Of a stretch of 64,000 bases of DNA, positions 28,551 to 38,078 are shown piece after piece. The position numbers were made by a program, and so were the translations under genes. Source of the stretch: an uncultured virus (IMG/VR IMGVR_UViG_3300042485_000220) (Duplodnaviria; Heunggongvirae; Uroviricota; Caudoviricetes; Crassvirales). The notes under the pieces were generated by a model, which saw only the letters and a program-made list of their open reading frames with translations, ran no database searches and was not told the origin of the DNA. Position 1 is the stretch's first letter, and every line of letters starts with the position of its first letter. The stretch lies in the IMG/VR virus record IMGVR_UViG_3300042485_000220. One strand, 5' to 3'.

Positions 28551-31210
28551 AAAAACTATTAATAATCACTCCTCACCTTTCGACAGGAGGAGCACCACAA
28601 GTAACAGTTAATAAAGTAGAGTTACTAAGAGATCACTTTGAAATCAAGGTGATAGAACATGCGTTCCTAGCATGGCAGTTTGTTGTGCAAAGAAACAAGA
28701 TCATTGACATGCTTGGTGAAGGAGTTAACTTCCATTCATTAGGAGATAATAAATACAATGAACTTGTTAAAATCTGTGAAGACTTTCAACCAGATATCAT
28801 ATCAATGGAAGAGTTTCCAGAGATGTTTATGAACAAAGAATGTGCTGACTATTTATATGATGCAGAAAGACCATGGAAGGTTGTAGAAACTACACATGAT
28901 AGTTCATTCAATCCTAAAAACAAATACTATCTGCCTGACAAGTTTATATTTGTCAGCTCTTATAACTCATTCCAATACATTACATTAAATGTACCTACAG
29001 AAGTAATTGAGTATCCTATAGATAAGAAGGTTAGAAACAAAATTGAAAGACAAGAAGAGTATGGCTTAGATCCTGAGTACAAACACTTTGTCACTGTAGG
29101 ATTATTTACACCTAGAAAGAATCAAGCATATGCATTCCAACTAGCAGAAAGATTGAAGAACCACAAGGTTAAGTTTCATTTCTTAGGTAACCAAGCTGGT
29201 AACTTTGCTAACTATTGGCAACCATTGATGGCTAACAAACCAGACAACTGTGTTGTGTGGGGAGAGCGTAATGATGTAAGTGAATTCTTAGAAGCATGCG
29301 ATGTGTTCTTCTTCCCATCTAAAGGTGACAGAGGTAACAAGGAGTTAAATCCTATTGCTATCAAAGAAGCTATGGAATATGATGACTTGATCAAAGTGAT
29401 GTACAACCTAGATGTATATTGTAATAAGTACAACGATGCTGAGAATATGGTTTATTTAACTGGAGATATTGGTAGTGATGCTGCCAATATTGTAAAAGTT
29501 TTAAACTTAGATGTACTAGATGAGGAGTGTATCATCTTGGGTACCTATCCAAACATTAAGGACAGAGCACAGTGGACCAAGGATACAATCAATAGTCTAA
29601 AGCCATTGGGTAGAAAAATCATATTGTTGTCTCACTATCCTGTAGACCAGGAGATACAACGTATGGTGGATTACTATATCTATGATAAGCATAATCCTTT
29701 GACTCATCATAGTTACTATACTAGATTCTACAATGACAGACCAGACTACTTTGCTGAGATCAACATCAATGGATTAAAGCACAGCAACCAGTCTTTGACT
29801 GTATTAACTAATATGTTTAATGGTGCTAAGGTTGCCAAAGAGTTAGGATTCAAGAGATTCTTCTACACTACATACGATGTTGTGTTAGATCCTAAAGACA
29901 TACCTGCAGTGAATGAAGCATTCAAGACAGATAAGAAGTTATATGCTGCTACACTTCCTACACCACAGGGTAAGGGAATTCAGACTAATGGTATTGTGTT
30001 TGACACAGAGTTTTTCTTAAAAGAATTTGATGATGTGCGTACACCAGAAGAATGGAACGAAGTGTGTAAGAGAAGAAGGTGTGAGAACTATCTAGAAGAC
30101 TATTTGTCAAAGGTTATCTTTAGCTTCAATCCTAATGATGTGCAAGTGATTACTAATGACAAACATACGTTCTTGATTAACAGTGGATTAGGTGTTGCAT
30201 CTAATAGTGAGTATTATTCTATCATCCCTGTTGTTGGAAAACCAAACACTTATGTGTTCTATTTCTTTACATATAATAGAGACCATAGAAACATTTATGT
30301 ATCTATTGCAGATTACATGTGGAAGAGAATCATACCAGCTAAGAACCATGAACTTGTTTATCAGTTTGAATTCAAAGGAGAACCTATTGATGTGAGAATG
30401 GATTTCTATGATGGAGATGTGTGCTACAAGATAGAAGAGTTTAAACTAACTAAGGATAACTTACAGATGTACGAAAACACAGGTAAGTTTGAATGGAAGA
30501 AAAAGGACAGACCAAAGATCAAATTAGTTCACATACAAACTACATTAAATGATGAAAGAGAACAAGCAAGTAGAGCATCCCTTGAAAGAGTCAAAGACCA
30601 TGGGTGGGAATATATCCTACACACTAACGAGCCCTATAGATCTTTACCACCAGCTCACAACTGTATGCGACCACTATGCGTTTCAATGGAACTCTTCAAT
30701 GAACAGCAAGTTCAAGAGTATGGCACTGCACTTACCCCAGCACATTATGGATGCTACGAAGCGTTCAAGAATGCCATCTTAATGGAGTTCCATGACTGTG
30801 ACTATCTGATTGTATGTGAAGGGGATTGTATCATTGAGACAGACATACACTTTTTCGTACAAAAAGTTGAGGAATGTGCACACTTATTGGGACCAAACAA
30901 CATAGACATTATGTCTTTTGGAGACAAAGATACATTAGAACATGGCTGGCCTCAGTCTCCTGTAAGGAAAGAAGTGAATGAAACAATGTACGTCACTGAT
31001 CATATCATTGGTTTACAATGTATTATGTTCCCTATTAACACTGCTCCATGGTTAAAAGATGTGCTTAGAAAGCACAAGTGGGATGCAGCTGATATATACT
31101 TTAACAATATCTTTATGGGACATCCTATGGGTATTGTACATAACAGACTTACTACCCAAGCAGATGGTTTCTCCTTAATTGATAACACACATAAAACATT
31201 TAGAAAATGA
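28547..31210 (+). CDS. Multidomain glycosyltransferase (GT4 + central domain + GT25-like)
   Basis: HLSTGGAP, VGLFTPRKNQ and FPS...ELNPIAIKEA; C-terminal GCYEAF..A...IVCEGDC. Confidence 0.8.
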   Translation: MKKLLIITPHLSTGGAPQVTVNKVELLRDHFEIKVIEHAFLAWQFVVQRNKIIDMLGEGVNFHSLGDNKYNELVKICEDFQPDIISMEEFPEMFMNKECADYLYDAERPWKVVETTHDSSFNPKNKYYLPDKFIFVSSYNSFQYITLNVPTEVIEYPIDKKVRNKIERQEEYGLDPEYKHFVTVGLFTPRKNQAYAFQLAERLKNHKVKFHFLGNQAGNFANYWQPLMANKPDNCVVWGERNDVSEFLEACDVFFFPSKGDRGNKELNPIAIKEAMEYDDLIKVMYNLDVYCNKYNDAENMVYLTGDIGSDAANIVKVLNLDVLDEECIILGTYPNIKDRAQWTKDTINSLKPLGRKIILLSHYPVDQEIQRMVDYYIYDKHNPLTHHSYYTRFYNDRPDYFAEININGLKHSNQSLTVLTNMFNGAKVAKELGFKRFFYTTYDVVLDPKDIPAVNEAFKTDKKLYAATLPTPQGKGIQTNGIVFDTEFFLKEFDDVRTPEEWNEVCKRRRCENYLEDYLSKVIFSFNPNDVQVITNDKHTFLINSGLGVASNSEYYSIIPVVGKPNTYVFYFFTYNRDHRNIYVSIADYMWKRIIPAKNHELVYQFEFKGEPIDVRMDFYDGDVCYKIEEFKLTKDNLQMYENTGKFEWKKKDRPKIKLVHIQTTLNDEREQASRASLERVKDHGWEYILHTNEPYRSLPPAHNCMRPLCVSMELFNEQQVQEYGTALTPAHYGCYEAFKNAILMEFHDCDYLIVCEGDCIIETDIHFFVQKVEECAHLLGPNNIDIMSFGDKDTLEHGWPQSPVRKEVNETMYVTDHIIGLQCIMFPINTAPWLKDVLRKHKWDAADIYFNNIFMGHPMGIVHNRLTTQADGFSLIDNTHKTFRK

Positions 31211-32220
31211 GAGTAGTACACGTAGCTACAGGACTAATTACCATACCACCAAATGGATGGGGTGCTGTAGAAAGACTTATATGGGAATACAAACAAGGAC
31301 TTGAGAAACTAGGAGATACTGTAGAGATCAAATACATGAATGAGTTAGAGAAGTGGCCTGATACAATTGTACATGCACACCTTGCTAACCAGGCTATCCA
31401 CTGTAGAGACAAAGGTATACCTTATGTATACTCTCTACATGATCATCATACAGAATGGTATGGTAAAGATAGTTGGGTGTTTAAGCAAAACCTAGAGGCT
31501 ATGAAAGGATCTATTGTATCTTTCACGCATGCTGAATATCTAATAGACTATTTTAATGAGACTGATAAGTTGTTCTATCTAAGACATGGGGCTAACACAG
31601 AATTCTTTAGTCACGATCCTGCTCCTAGACCACATGCATTATTGATGATAGCTAACAATGGATTAGCAGGTGACTCAGGCTTTGATAGAAAAGGATTTAG
31701 ATATGGTATCGAAGCAGCTAGAGAGTTAGGACTTCCTATTACAATAGCTGGTCATCCTAATAATGAGAAGTTCTTTGAGGTGCATAAAGATCTATTAGAG
31801 TATGAGAAGTTAACTTTAAAGTTAACAAATCCTACAGATGAAGAGACTAGAGAACTGTATCAAACACACACTATATTCTTACATCCATCTATGCTAGAAG
31901 CAGGACATCCCAACCTTACATTATGTGAAGCAGCTAGTGCATGTCTTCCTATTGTAGGAACGTATAGAGGAGCAAGACACTTCCCTGGTATGTGGGTGTT
32001 GCCTTCTATCAGTGTAAAAGAAGTGACCAGAGGCATTGTAGAAACAATTAATACGTATGAACATAGAAGACAAGAGATGATAGCTGTACGTGATTTCTAT
32101 AGTTGGGATCTTGTAGCTAAGACATTACATAAATACTATGAGAATGTATTGAAGATCAATGAAGGATATACATCAGACAGAACAAAACAATTATACATAA
32201 ACGCATACAATAACTTATGA
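31207..32220 (+). CDS. Glycosyltransferase family 4
   Basis: IPPNGWGAVE, RKG and HPSMLEAGHPNLTLCEA..CLP motifs. Confidence 0.85.
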   Translation: MRVVHVATGLITIPPNGWGAVERLIWEYKQGLEKLGDTVEIKYMNELEKWPDTIVHAHLANQAIHCRDKGIPYVYSLHDHHTEWYGKDSWVFKQNLEAMKGSIVSFTHAEYLIDYFNETDKLFYLRHGANTEFFSHDPAPRPHALLMIANNGLAGDSGFDRKGFRYGIEAARELGLPITIAGHPNNEKFFEVHKDLLEYEKLTLKLTNPTDEETRELYQTHTIFLHPSMLEAGHPNLTLCEAASACLPIVGTYRGARHFPGMWVLPSISVKEVTRGIVETINTYEHRRQEMIAVRDFYSWDLVAKTLHKYYENVLKINEGYTSDRTKQLYINAYNNL

Positions 32221-32795
32221 GAGTAGAAATGTTATCAATAGCAGACTTCTATAACAACCCAGATGAGGTGAGAGCTTTTGCTTTGAGTCAAGAATTTAGT
32301 GAGACAGGTAACTATCCTGGTAAAAGAACTATCCCTTTCTTTAATGACAGCATCAAAGAAACTATACAGAATGTAATCAGACCTTTTGCAGGTGAAGTAA
32401 CTTGGTGGGGAGATATTAATTCTGGAGCTTTCCAATACACAACATCAGCAGATAGATCTTGGATACATAGTGATGGCACAACACATTGGGCTGGTGTATG
32501 TTATCTTACTCCTGACGCTCCTTTGTCTGCAGGCACAGGTATCTTTAGACATAAGCCTACAGGTCTTAAGAATTGGATATATGAAGAACACACTGATGAA
32601 GAAAACAAAGAAATGCATCTCAAAGTAGATAATCTAGATATCACTAAATGGGATATGGTAGATAGAATTGGTAATGTATATAATAGATTAATTATGTACA
32701 GAGGTGATTTATTTCACGTATCTTTGGACTACTTTGGTAGAGGTCTAGAAGATGGTAGACTATTTCAAACATTCTTTTTTAACACAGAGAAATGA
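32217..32795 (+). CDS. DUF6445-like 2OG-Fe(II) oxygenase-fold protein
   Basis: DFYNNPD.VR, YPGKRT, WIHSD, YL.P...GT, YNRL..Y...FH and RL.Q.FF motifs. Confidence 0.7.
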   Translation: MRVEMLSIADFYNNPDEVRAFALSQEFSETGNYPGKRTIPFFNDSIKETIQNVIRPFAGEVTWWGDINSGAFQYTTSADRSWIHSDGTTHWAGVCYLTPDAPLSAGTGIFRHKPTGLKNWIYEEHTDEENKEMHLKVDNLDITKWDMVDRIGNVYNRLIMYRGDLFHVSLDYFGRGLEDGRLFQTFFFNTEK

Positions 32796-33853
32796 TAAAT
32801 TATAAATTACAACATGTAAATGGTTTGTTCTTTGAACTATTAAGTGACGATGGTAAGAACAGAGAATACGATGTAACTTTTGTAGATAGAAAAGATAACA
32901 AGATTATCTATAATATAAAACTAAAACCAGGAACTTGGGTGAGACTTAACAGAAAGTACTTATCTGATATAGCTGTGTTTGTTAGATATGAAGGACGTGT
33001 AGTGAAGCAGATAAATCTATTAGATGAACTAAAAGACAAAAGAGTCTTTATAGTATTTGAATCTAAAAGTCTTGGTGATAGCATAGCTTGGATACCATAC
33101 TGTTTAGAGTTTCAAGAGAAATATAAGTGTAAGGTGATTGTATCTACATTTAAAAATGATCTGTTTGAATCTGTGTATCCTGAGTTAGAGTTTGTAGGCA
33201 GAGGTGTAACAGTAGATAACATCCAAGCCATGGTAGAATTTGGTTGGTTTTGGGATGAACATAAAGAACCTACACATCCTGCAACCATCCCATTGCAACA
33301 AGCAGCTAGTAATATATTAGCACTAGAATACGAAGAGATACATCCACGCATTGCTTTTGATCGAGGAGAAAGACCTGTAGTTGATAAGTATGTTTGTATA
33401 TCTACACGTTCTACAGCACAATGTAAACATTGGTACTATTGGAAAGAGTTAATAGAAGCATTAAAAACAAAAGGATATAGAGTGTTTGAGCTGTCACAGG
33501 AAGCAGATGACTTAGGTGCAGAAACATTAGAAGATAAATCATTACAGAACGCAATGCGTTACTTGTATCACGCAGATCATTACATTGGTCTTTCTAGTGG
33601 TATCAGCTGGTTAAACTGGGCTGTAGGTAAACATACTATAATGATCTCTAACTTTACAGAAGCTGGTCATGAGTTTATATCTAACTGCACACGTATAATT
33701 AATCCTAATGTATGTAACAGCTGTTGGAATAATCCTCTGTTTAAGTTTAACAAAGGTGATTGGAACTGGTGTCCTGAGCATGAAGATACTCCTAGACATT
33801 TTGAATGTCACAAATCAATAAAAGTAGAATCAATTTTAAACCTAATAAAATAA
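32792..33853 (+). CDS. Aah/TibC-like protein O-heptosyltransferase (GT9 fold)
   Basis: SKSLGDSIAW.PY...F..K, ST.QCK.W, IGLSSG.SWL.WA.G, ISNFT...EF and VCNSCWN...WCP.H...FEC.KSI. Confidence 0.75.
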   Translation: MINYKLQHVNGLFFELLSDDGKNREYDVTFVDRKDNKIIYNIKLKPGTWVRLNRKYLSDIAVFVRYEGRVVKQINLLDELKDKRVFIVFESKSLGDSIAWIPYCLEFQEKYKCKVIVSTFKNDLFESVYPELEFVGRGVTVDNIQAMVEFGWFWDEHKEPTHPATIPLQQAASNILALEYEEIHPRIAFDRGERPVVDKYVCISTRSTAQCKHWYYWKELIEALKTKGYRVFELSQEADDLGAETLEDKSLQNAMRYLYHADHYIGLSSGISWLNWAVGKHTIMISNFTEAGHEFISNCTRIINPNVCNSCWNNPLFKFNKGDWNWCPEHEDTPRHFECHKSIKVESILNLIK

Positions 33854-33858
33854 ATCAT

Positions 33859-34506
33859 ATGCAGTTAAACGTCTTTGAACTATTTCCTACCCCTGTTTTA
33901 AAGTTTAACATTGGTAGAAACTTTACAAAAGAAGAAATAGATCATATTGTTAAAAAAGAGGCAGAAGTAGCACAACCTCCATTTCTATTGTTTATTGGAA
34001 ACAATACCACTGTTAATAAAAAAATACTTGAACATCCAGAAATGATTCATTTAAAAGCAATAGTTGAATCATGTTTGAAAGAATGGTGTGATAAAGTTTA
34101 TAATCCTATGTATGGAGATAAGTTTAGACTAAAAATAACTCAATCATGGCTTAACTATACCAAGCCTGGAGAACAACATAAACTACACTATCATCCAAAC
34201 AGTATAGTTAGTGGAGTAATTTATATAAGTGCTAATATTGAAAATGATATGATTAATTTTTTAAGTGACAGAAAAATGACATCATTTATTGAACCACTTG
34301 GTTTAAATAAATTTAACTCAGTAAGTATTAGTATACACGTAAATCAAGGAGATATTATTTTATTTCCATCTGATTTAAGTCACAGTGTTCCTGTAAATAA
34401 TGAAGACTATACAAGAGTTAGCTTAGCATTTAATTCATACTTTGAAGGAATACTAGGTGATTCAGATGATGACCCAAACTATATTGAAATTAAACTCGCA
34501 CAATAA
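33859..34506 (+). CDS. 2OG-Fe(II) oxygenase (TIGR02466-like)
   Basis: LFPTPV, QSWLN, H..HYHPNS.VSGV.Y, FPS.L.H.V and RVSLAFN motifs. Confidence 0.8.
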   Translation: MQLNVFELFPTPVLKFNIGRNFTKEEIDHIVKKEAEVAQPPFLLFIGNNTTVNKKILEHPEMIHLKAIVESCLKEWCDKVYNPMYGDKFRLKITQSWLNYTKPGEQHKLHYHPNSIVSGVIYISANIENDMINFLSDRKMTSFIEPLGLNKFNSVSISIHVNQGDIILFPSDLSHSVPVNNEDYTRVSLAFNSYFEGILGDSDDDPNYIEIKLAQ

Positions 34507-34517
34507 AATTAAAACAT

Positions 34518-35120
34518 ATGCAAAACGCAATAATATTTCCCCCTAAGTTAGTTGATATTCAAAACTATTATTATTTTAAAGAAGGTTTTTCTAAAGAAGA
34601 GCTAGATAAAATATATGCAGACGTTGCATTTCTTCCATTCAAAGCAGGAGAAACAGGAGCTTCTAATGAATACAATGATCTTACAGTTAGATCTTCTCAA
34701 ATCAAATGGATATATCCTTCCCAACAATGGGATTGGTTATATGATAAGTTGATGAATATGATTATGGAAGCCAATGATAATCTTTGGAATTTCAATTTGA
34801 CTGGAGTATTGGACGCTGTACAATATACAGAGTATCATGCCACTGAGAATGGGCATTATGGATGGCACCAAGACTTTGGGCCAGGTATGTTATCAACGAG
34901 AAAAATATCTGTAACAGTTCAGTTATCAGATCCTTCAGAATATGAAGGTGGTGATCTTGAATATTTTATAGGAGGAGATCCTAATAATGCATTAAAGGTG
35001 CAAAGAGATAAAGGATTGGTGTTTATCTTTCCATCATTTATGATGCATAGAGTGACACCTGTTACAAAAGGTATTAGAAGATCTTTTGTATTATGGGTAG
35101 GAGGAGAACACTACAAGTAG
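34518..35120 (+). CDS. 2OG-Fe(II) oxygenase (prolyl-hydroxylase/PKHD-like)
   Basis: QYTEY...GHYGWHQD, RKIS, YEGGDL and FPSF..HRVTPVTKG.RRS.V.W motifs. Confidence 0.85.
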   Translation: MQNAIIFPPKLVDIQNYYYFKEGFSKEELDKIYADVAFLPFKAGETGASNEYNDLTVRSSQIKWIYPSQQWDWLYDKLMNMIMEANDNLWNFNLTGVLDAVQYTEYHATENGHYGWHQDFGPGMLSTRKISVTVQLSDPSEYEGGDLEYFIGGDPNNALKVQRDKGLVFIFPSFMMHRVTPVTKGIRRSFVLWVGGEHYK

Positions 35121-36413
35121 TTATTTGTAGTGTTCTTCTTTTATTTTTAATTTAGCATCTAGTTCTTGAATGGCTTTCATCAATACACCCATTGTAGAAT
35201 TATAGTCCATCTTATCATGTGTCTTTGTAGATAGTTCTTCAGGAGTATCTTCTGCTATAAATCCAATTCTTGTTGAGTCTTCTTGACCATCAAGTTCATA
35301 ATTGTATGTAACAATTTCAGTAGAGTCTATGATGTCTAAAGCAGAAGCTACAAAAGGTTGAATGTTTTTTTTCATTTCCTTTGTAGAAGGATTAAAGAAA
35401 TATACAGAACCTATAGAAGTAAATGTATACCATCCTGGACCATAGCCAGTGAATCTTGGAGAAGGTCCAACTAAACCTCTAGTTGGTCCACAATAAAATC
35501 TATAGTTACAATACCATTCTCCTGTACTAACACTATTAAATGTTGCTGAAGCACTGACATTAAGATTTTGGTTATTACTATTTGCTGGTCCCTGAGGTCC
35601 TGTTGGACCTGTAGCTCCTGGAGCACCTGTTCCACCTGGACCACCTGCAGGACCAGTTGCACCTTGTGGTCCTTGAAATCCTTGTGGACCTTGTGGACCA
35701 GTACCTCCTGCAGGACCAGTACCACCTGTAGGACCATTTACACCTGATGATCCTGTTGCACCTTGTGGACCTGTACCACCTGGTGCACCAGTAGGACCAG
35801 TGCCTCCATTAACACCACTCACTCCAGAAGAACCAGAGGTTCCACCTGTTCCTGTGCTAGCTGAGCTTCCTGATGTGCCACTAGAACCAGACGTACCAGC
35901 TGTAGCTGAACTACCTGAAGTTCCACTAGAGCCTGAAGTTCCACTCTCAGCAGATGTACCAGAGCTTGCACTTGTGCCTGCAGTGGCTGATGTTCCACTT
36001 TCTGCAGATGTTCCTGCTGTACCACTTGTTCCTGTTGGTTGTGATTCTCCAGAAGTAGCTGATGAACCAGAAGTTCCTGTTGTTCCAGAAGTACCTGAGC
36101 TATCACTTTCTCCTGCTGTACCAGCTGTAGCAGCTGTGCCAGATGTACCAGCAGTACCAGAAGAATCTGAAATACTTGATGTACCTGCTGTACCAGCAGT
36201 TCCATTATATCCAGTTAAAGATACTGTCCAAGTATTATAAGTACCAGACCCTTTAAAATCTAAAGGGGTAATTACTAATGCACCAGTGCCAGAGTTATAA
36301 GATACAACTCTACCCACTATGTAATTGTCAGCATCATGGCTTACTTGGATGAAGTCATTGACAACAAAGGCAAGTCCTGTACTGACAGCGAATGTCATAT
36401 TAGAGTATGGCAT
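35121..36413 (-). CDS. Collagen-like fibre A with C-terminal S74 intramolecular chaperone
   Basis: Shared N-terminal domain, GTS repeats, GPT/GPQ collagen and STKEMK...IGFIAED...MKAIQEL. Confidence 0.8.
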   Translation of the reverse strand: MPYSNMTFAVSTGLAFVVNDFIQVSHDADNYIVGRVVSYNSGTGALVITPLDFKGSGTYNTWTVSLTGYNGTAGTAGTSSISDSSGTAGTSGTAATAGTAGESDSSGTSGTTGTSGSSATSGESQPTGTSGTAGTSAESGTSATAGTSASSGTSAESGTSGSSGTSGSSATAGTSGSSGTSGSSASTGTGGTSGSSGVSGVNGGTGPTGAPGGTGPQGATGSSGVNGPTGGTGPAGGTGPQGPQGFQGPQGATGPAGGPGGTGAPGATGPTGPQGPANSNNQNLNVSASATFNSVSTGEWYCNYRFYCGPTRGLVGPSPRFTGYGPGWYTFTSIGSVYFFNPSTKEMKKNIQPFVASALDIIDSTEIVTYNYELDGQEDSTRIGFIAEDTPEELSTKTHDKMDYNSTMGVLMKAIQELDAKLKIKEEHYK

Positions 36414-36420
36414 AGTTTAT

Positions 36421-36783
36421 TTATTGTTGTTGCTCCCAAAAAGGTTTTACAATTTTTGCAATTGCTGGATTAATTTTTTCATCAAGTCTTTTTTCTATGA
36501 TGTTTGCTTTGAGCCAATCAATGTTTCTTTGTTTTCTGTTTTCAATTTCATAAACCCAATTCTGAATTATTTCAGGAGTTAGTTCATTGGCTGGGATAAA
36601 TGGAACAGTGCCATCTAATTTAATAGTGGTTGTTTGAGGATGGTCATACACATGTGTATTTCCATTAGCATCAACTGTTGTTCCAATTAAAGACCAGTTT
36701 ACTTTTTCAATGACATTATCTAACCCATTTATATGTGGGATTAAATGCCAGTCAGAAACTTTAAAAGTATAGTTAACGATCAT
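36421..36783 (-). CDS. Small fibre-associated (assembly-like) protein
   Basis: Lies between fibre genes; FIP..ELT.E.I..WV and a C-terminal PFW motif. Confidence 0.55.
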   Translation of the reverse strand: MIVNYTFKVSDWHLIPHINGLDNVIEKVNWSLIGTTVDANGNTHVYDHPQTTTIKLDGTVPFIPANELTPEIIQNWVYEIENRKQRNIDWLKANIIEKRLDEKINPAIAKIVKPFWEQQQ

Positions 36784-36794
36784 AATGTAATGTT

Positions 36795-38078
36795 TTATAA
36801 ATTATCAATTCTAGTGTTAAGTTCTTGTACTGCTTTAAGTAAAAGACCAAGAGCATTTGCTGTGTCTAGTTTATCTTGTGTTTCAGTAGACAATTCTACA
36901 GGAGCATCTTCAGCAATAAATCCTACTTTTGTATGTTCATAGTCAATATAATTAAAAGAAACTATATCAACATCTTTTATAATCTCCACAGCACAAGGAG
37001 CATAAGCTTGAATGTTTGTTTTATATATTCTTGAAGATGTACCAAAGAAGTTTGTAGATCCACATGCTAGTTGAGTTTGCCAGTTTCCATACCCAAACCA
37101 TGGACCTCCATCATTTTGAGTGTTTTTCATACCAGTACCAAATGCTATAGCAAAGTCAGAACCTGTATACACTTCTCCTCCAGTTGCTATATTAGAAAAA
37201 CTTACATCACTGTTTGTATTTAATCCTTGATTATATATTGTCTGTGGACCTTGTCCTCCTGGAGGACCTGTAGGTCCTGTATTACCTGTTGGTCCTGTTG
37301 GACCTTGTGGACCACCACCCCCTTGAGGACCAGTGCCACCTTGTGGGCCTCTTGGACCTTGTGCCCCTGTTGGACCTGGTGCACCAGTAGGACCTTGTGC
37401 ACCACTTGTTCCACCAGCACCTGTAGGACCTTGTGCTCCTATTGGACCCTGTGCACCCTGTGGTCCAGTTGCTCCATTTGCTCCTGATTTACCACTTGAT
37501 CCTGAAGAACCACTTGCTCCTGATTTACCACTAGAACCTGCTGTTCCACTATTTCCACTAGTTCCAGAATTACCACTGTTTCCAGACCCACCTGATTTAC
37601 CACTAGATGCAGCAGCTCCAGAAGAACCAGACTTACCACTGTTTCCTGATTTACCATTTTCTCCTCCCTTTCCAGAAGAACCTGCTTGACCATGTGTACC
37701 TGCAGTTCCTGCAGTTCCTGCAGTGCCTGATGTAGCAGCAGTACCAGCAGATCCAGACTTACCAGCTTTACCAGAACTACCAGATTGACCAGGAGCTCCA
37801 TCTTTACCAGAGCTTCCACTCTTTCCAGCTTTTCCAGAAGAGCCAGCAGATCCTGCTGTACCTGAGGAACCTACAACACCAGTTAAACTAACAGTCCATG
37901 TACTAAATGTACCAGTACCTCTTGATAAAGTTGGAGCAATTACTAATACTCCTGTGCCTTTATCATATGATACAACAGTACCAATGACATAGTTATCAAC
38001 ATCATGGCTAAGTTGTACATTATCTCCAGGGAGATATGCTAGTCCAGGATTTATATTAAAAGTCATATTAGATGGCAT
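36795..38078 (-). CDS. Collagen-like fibre B (Lys-rich GKS repeats) with S74 chaperone
   Basis: GKA/GKS/GNS triplets, GPQ/GPT collagen and SSRIYK...VGFIAED...LKAVQEL. Confidence 0.8.
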   Translation of the reverse strand: MPSNMTFNINPGLAYLPGDNVQLSHDVDNYVIGTVVSYDKGTGVLVIAPTLSRGTGTFSTWTVSLTGVVGSSGTAGSAGSSGKAGKSGSSGKDGAPGQSGSSGKAGKSGSAGTAATSGTAGTAGTAGTHGQAGSSGKGGENGKSGNSGKSGSSGAAASSGKSGGSGNSGNSGTSGNSGTAGSSGKSGASGSSGSSGKSGANGATGPQGAQGPIGAQGPTGAGGTSGAQGPTGAPGPTGAQGPRGPQGGTGPQGGGGPQGPTGPTGNTGPTGPPGGQGPQTIYNQGLNTNSDVSFSNIATGGEVYTGSDFAIAFGTGMKNTQNDGGPWFGYGNWQTQLACGSTNFFGTSSRIYKTNIQAYAPCAVEIIKDVDIVSFNYIDYEHTKVGFIAEDAPVELSTETQDKLDTANALGLLLKAVQELNTRIDNL

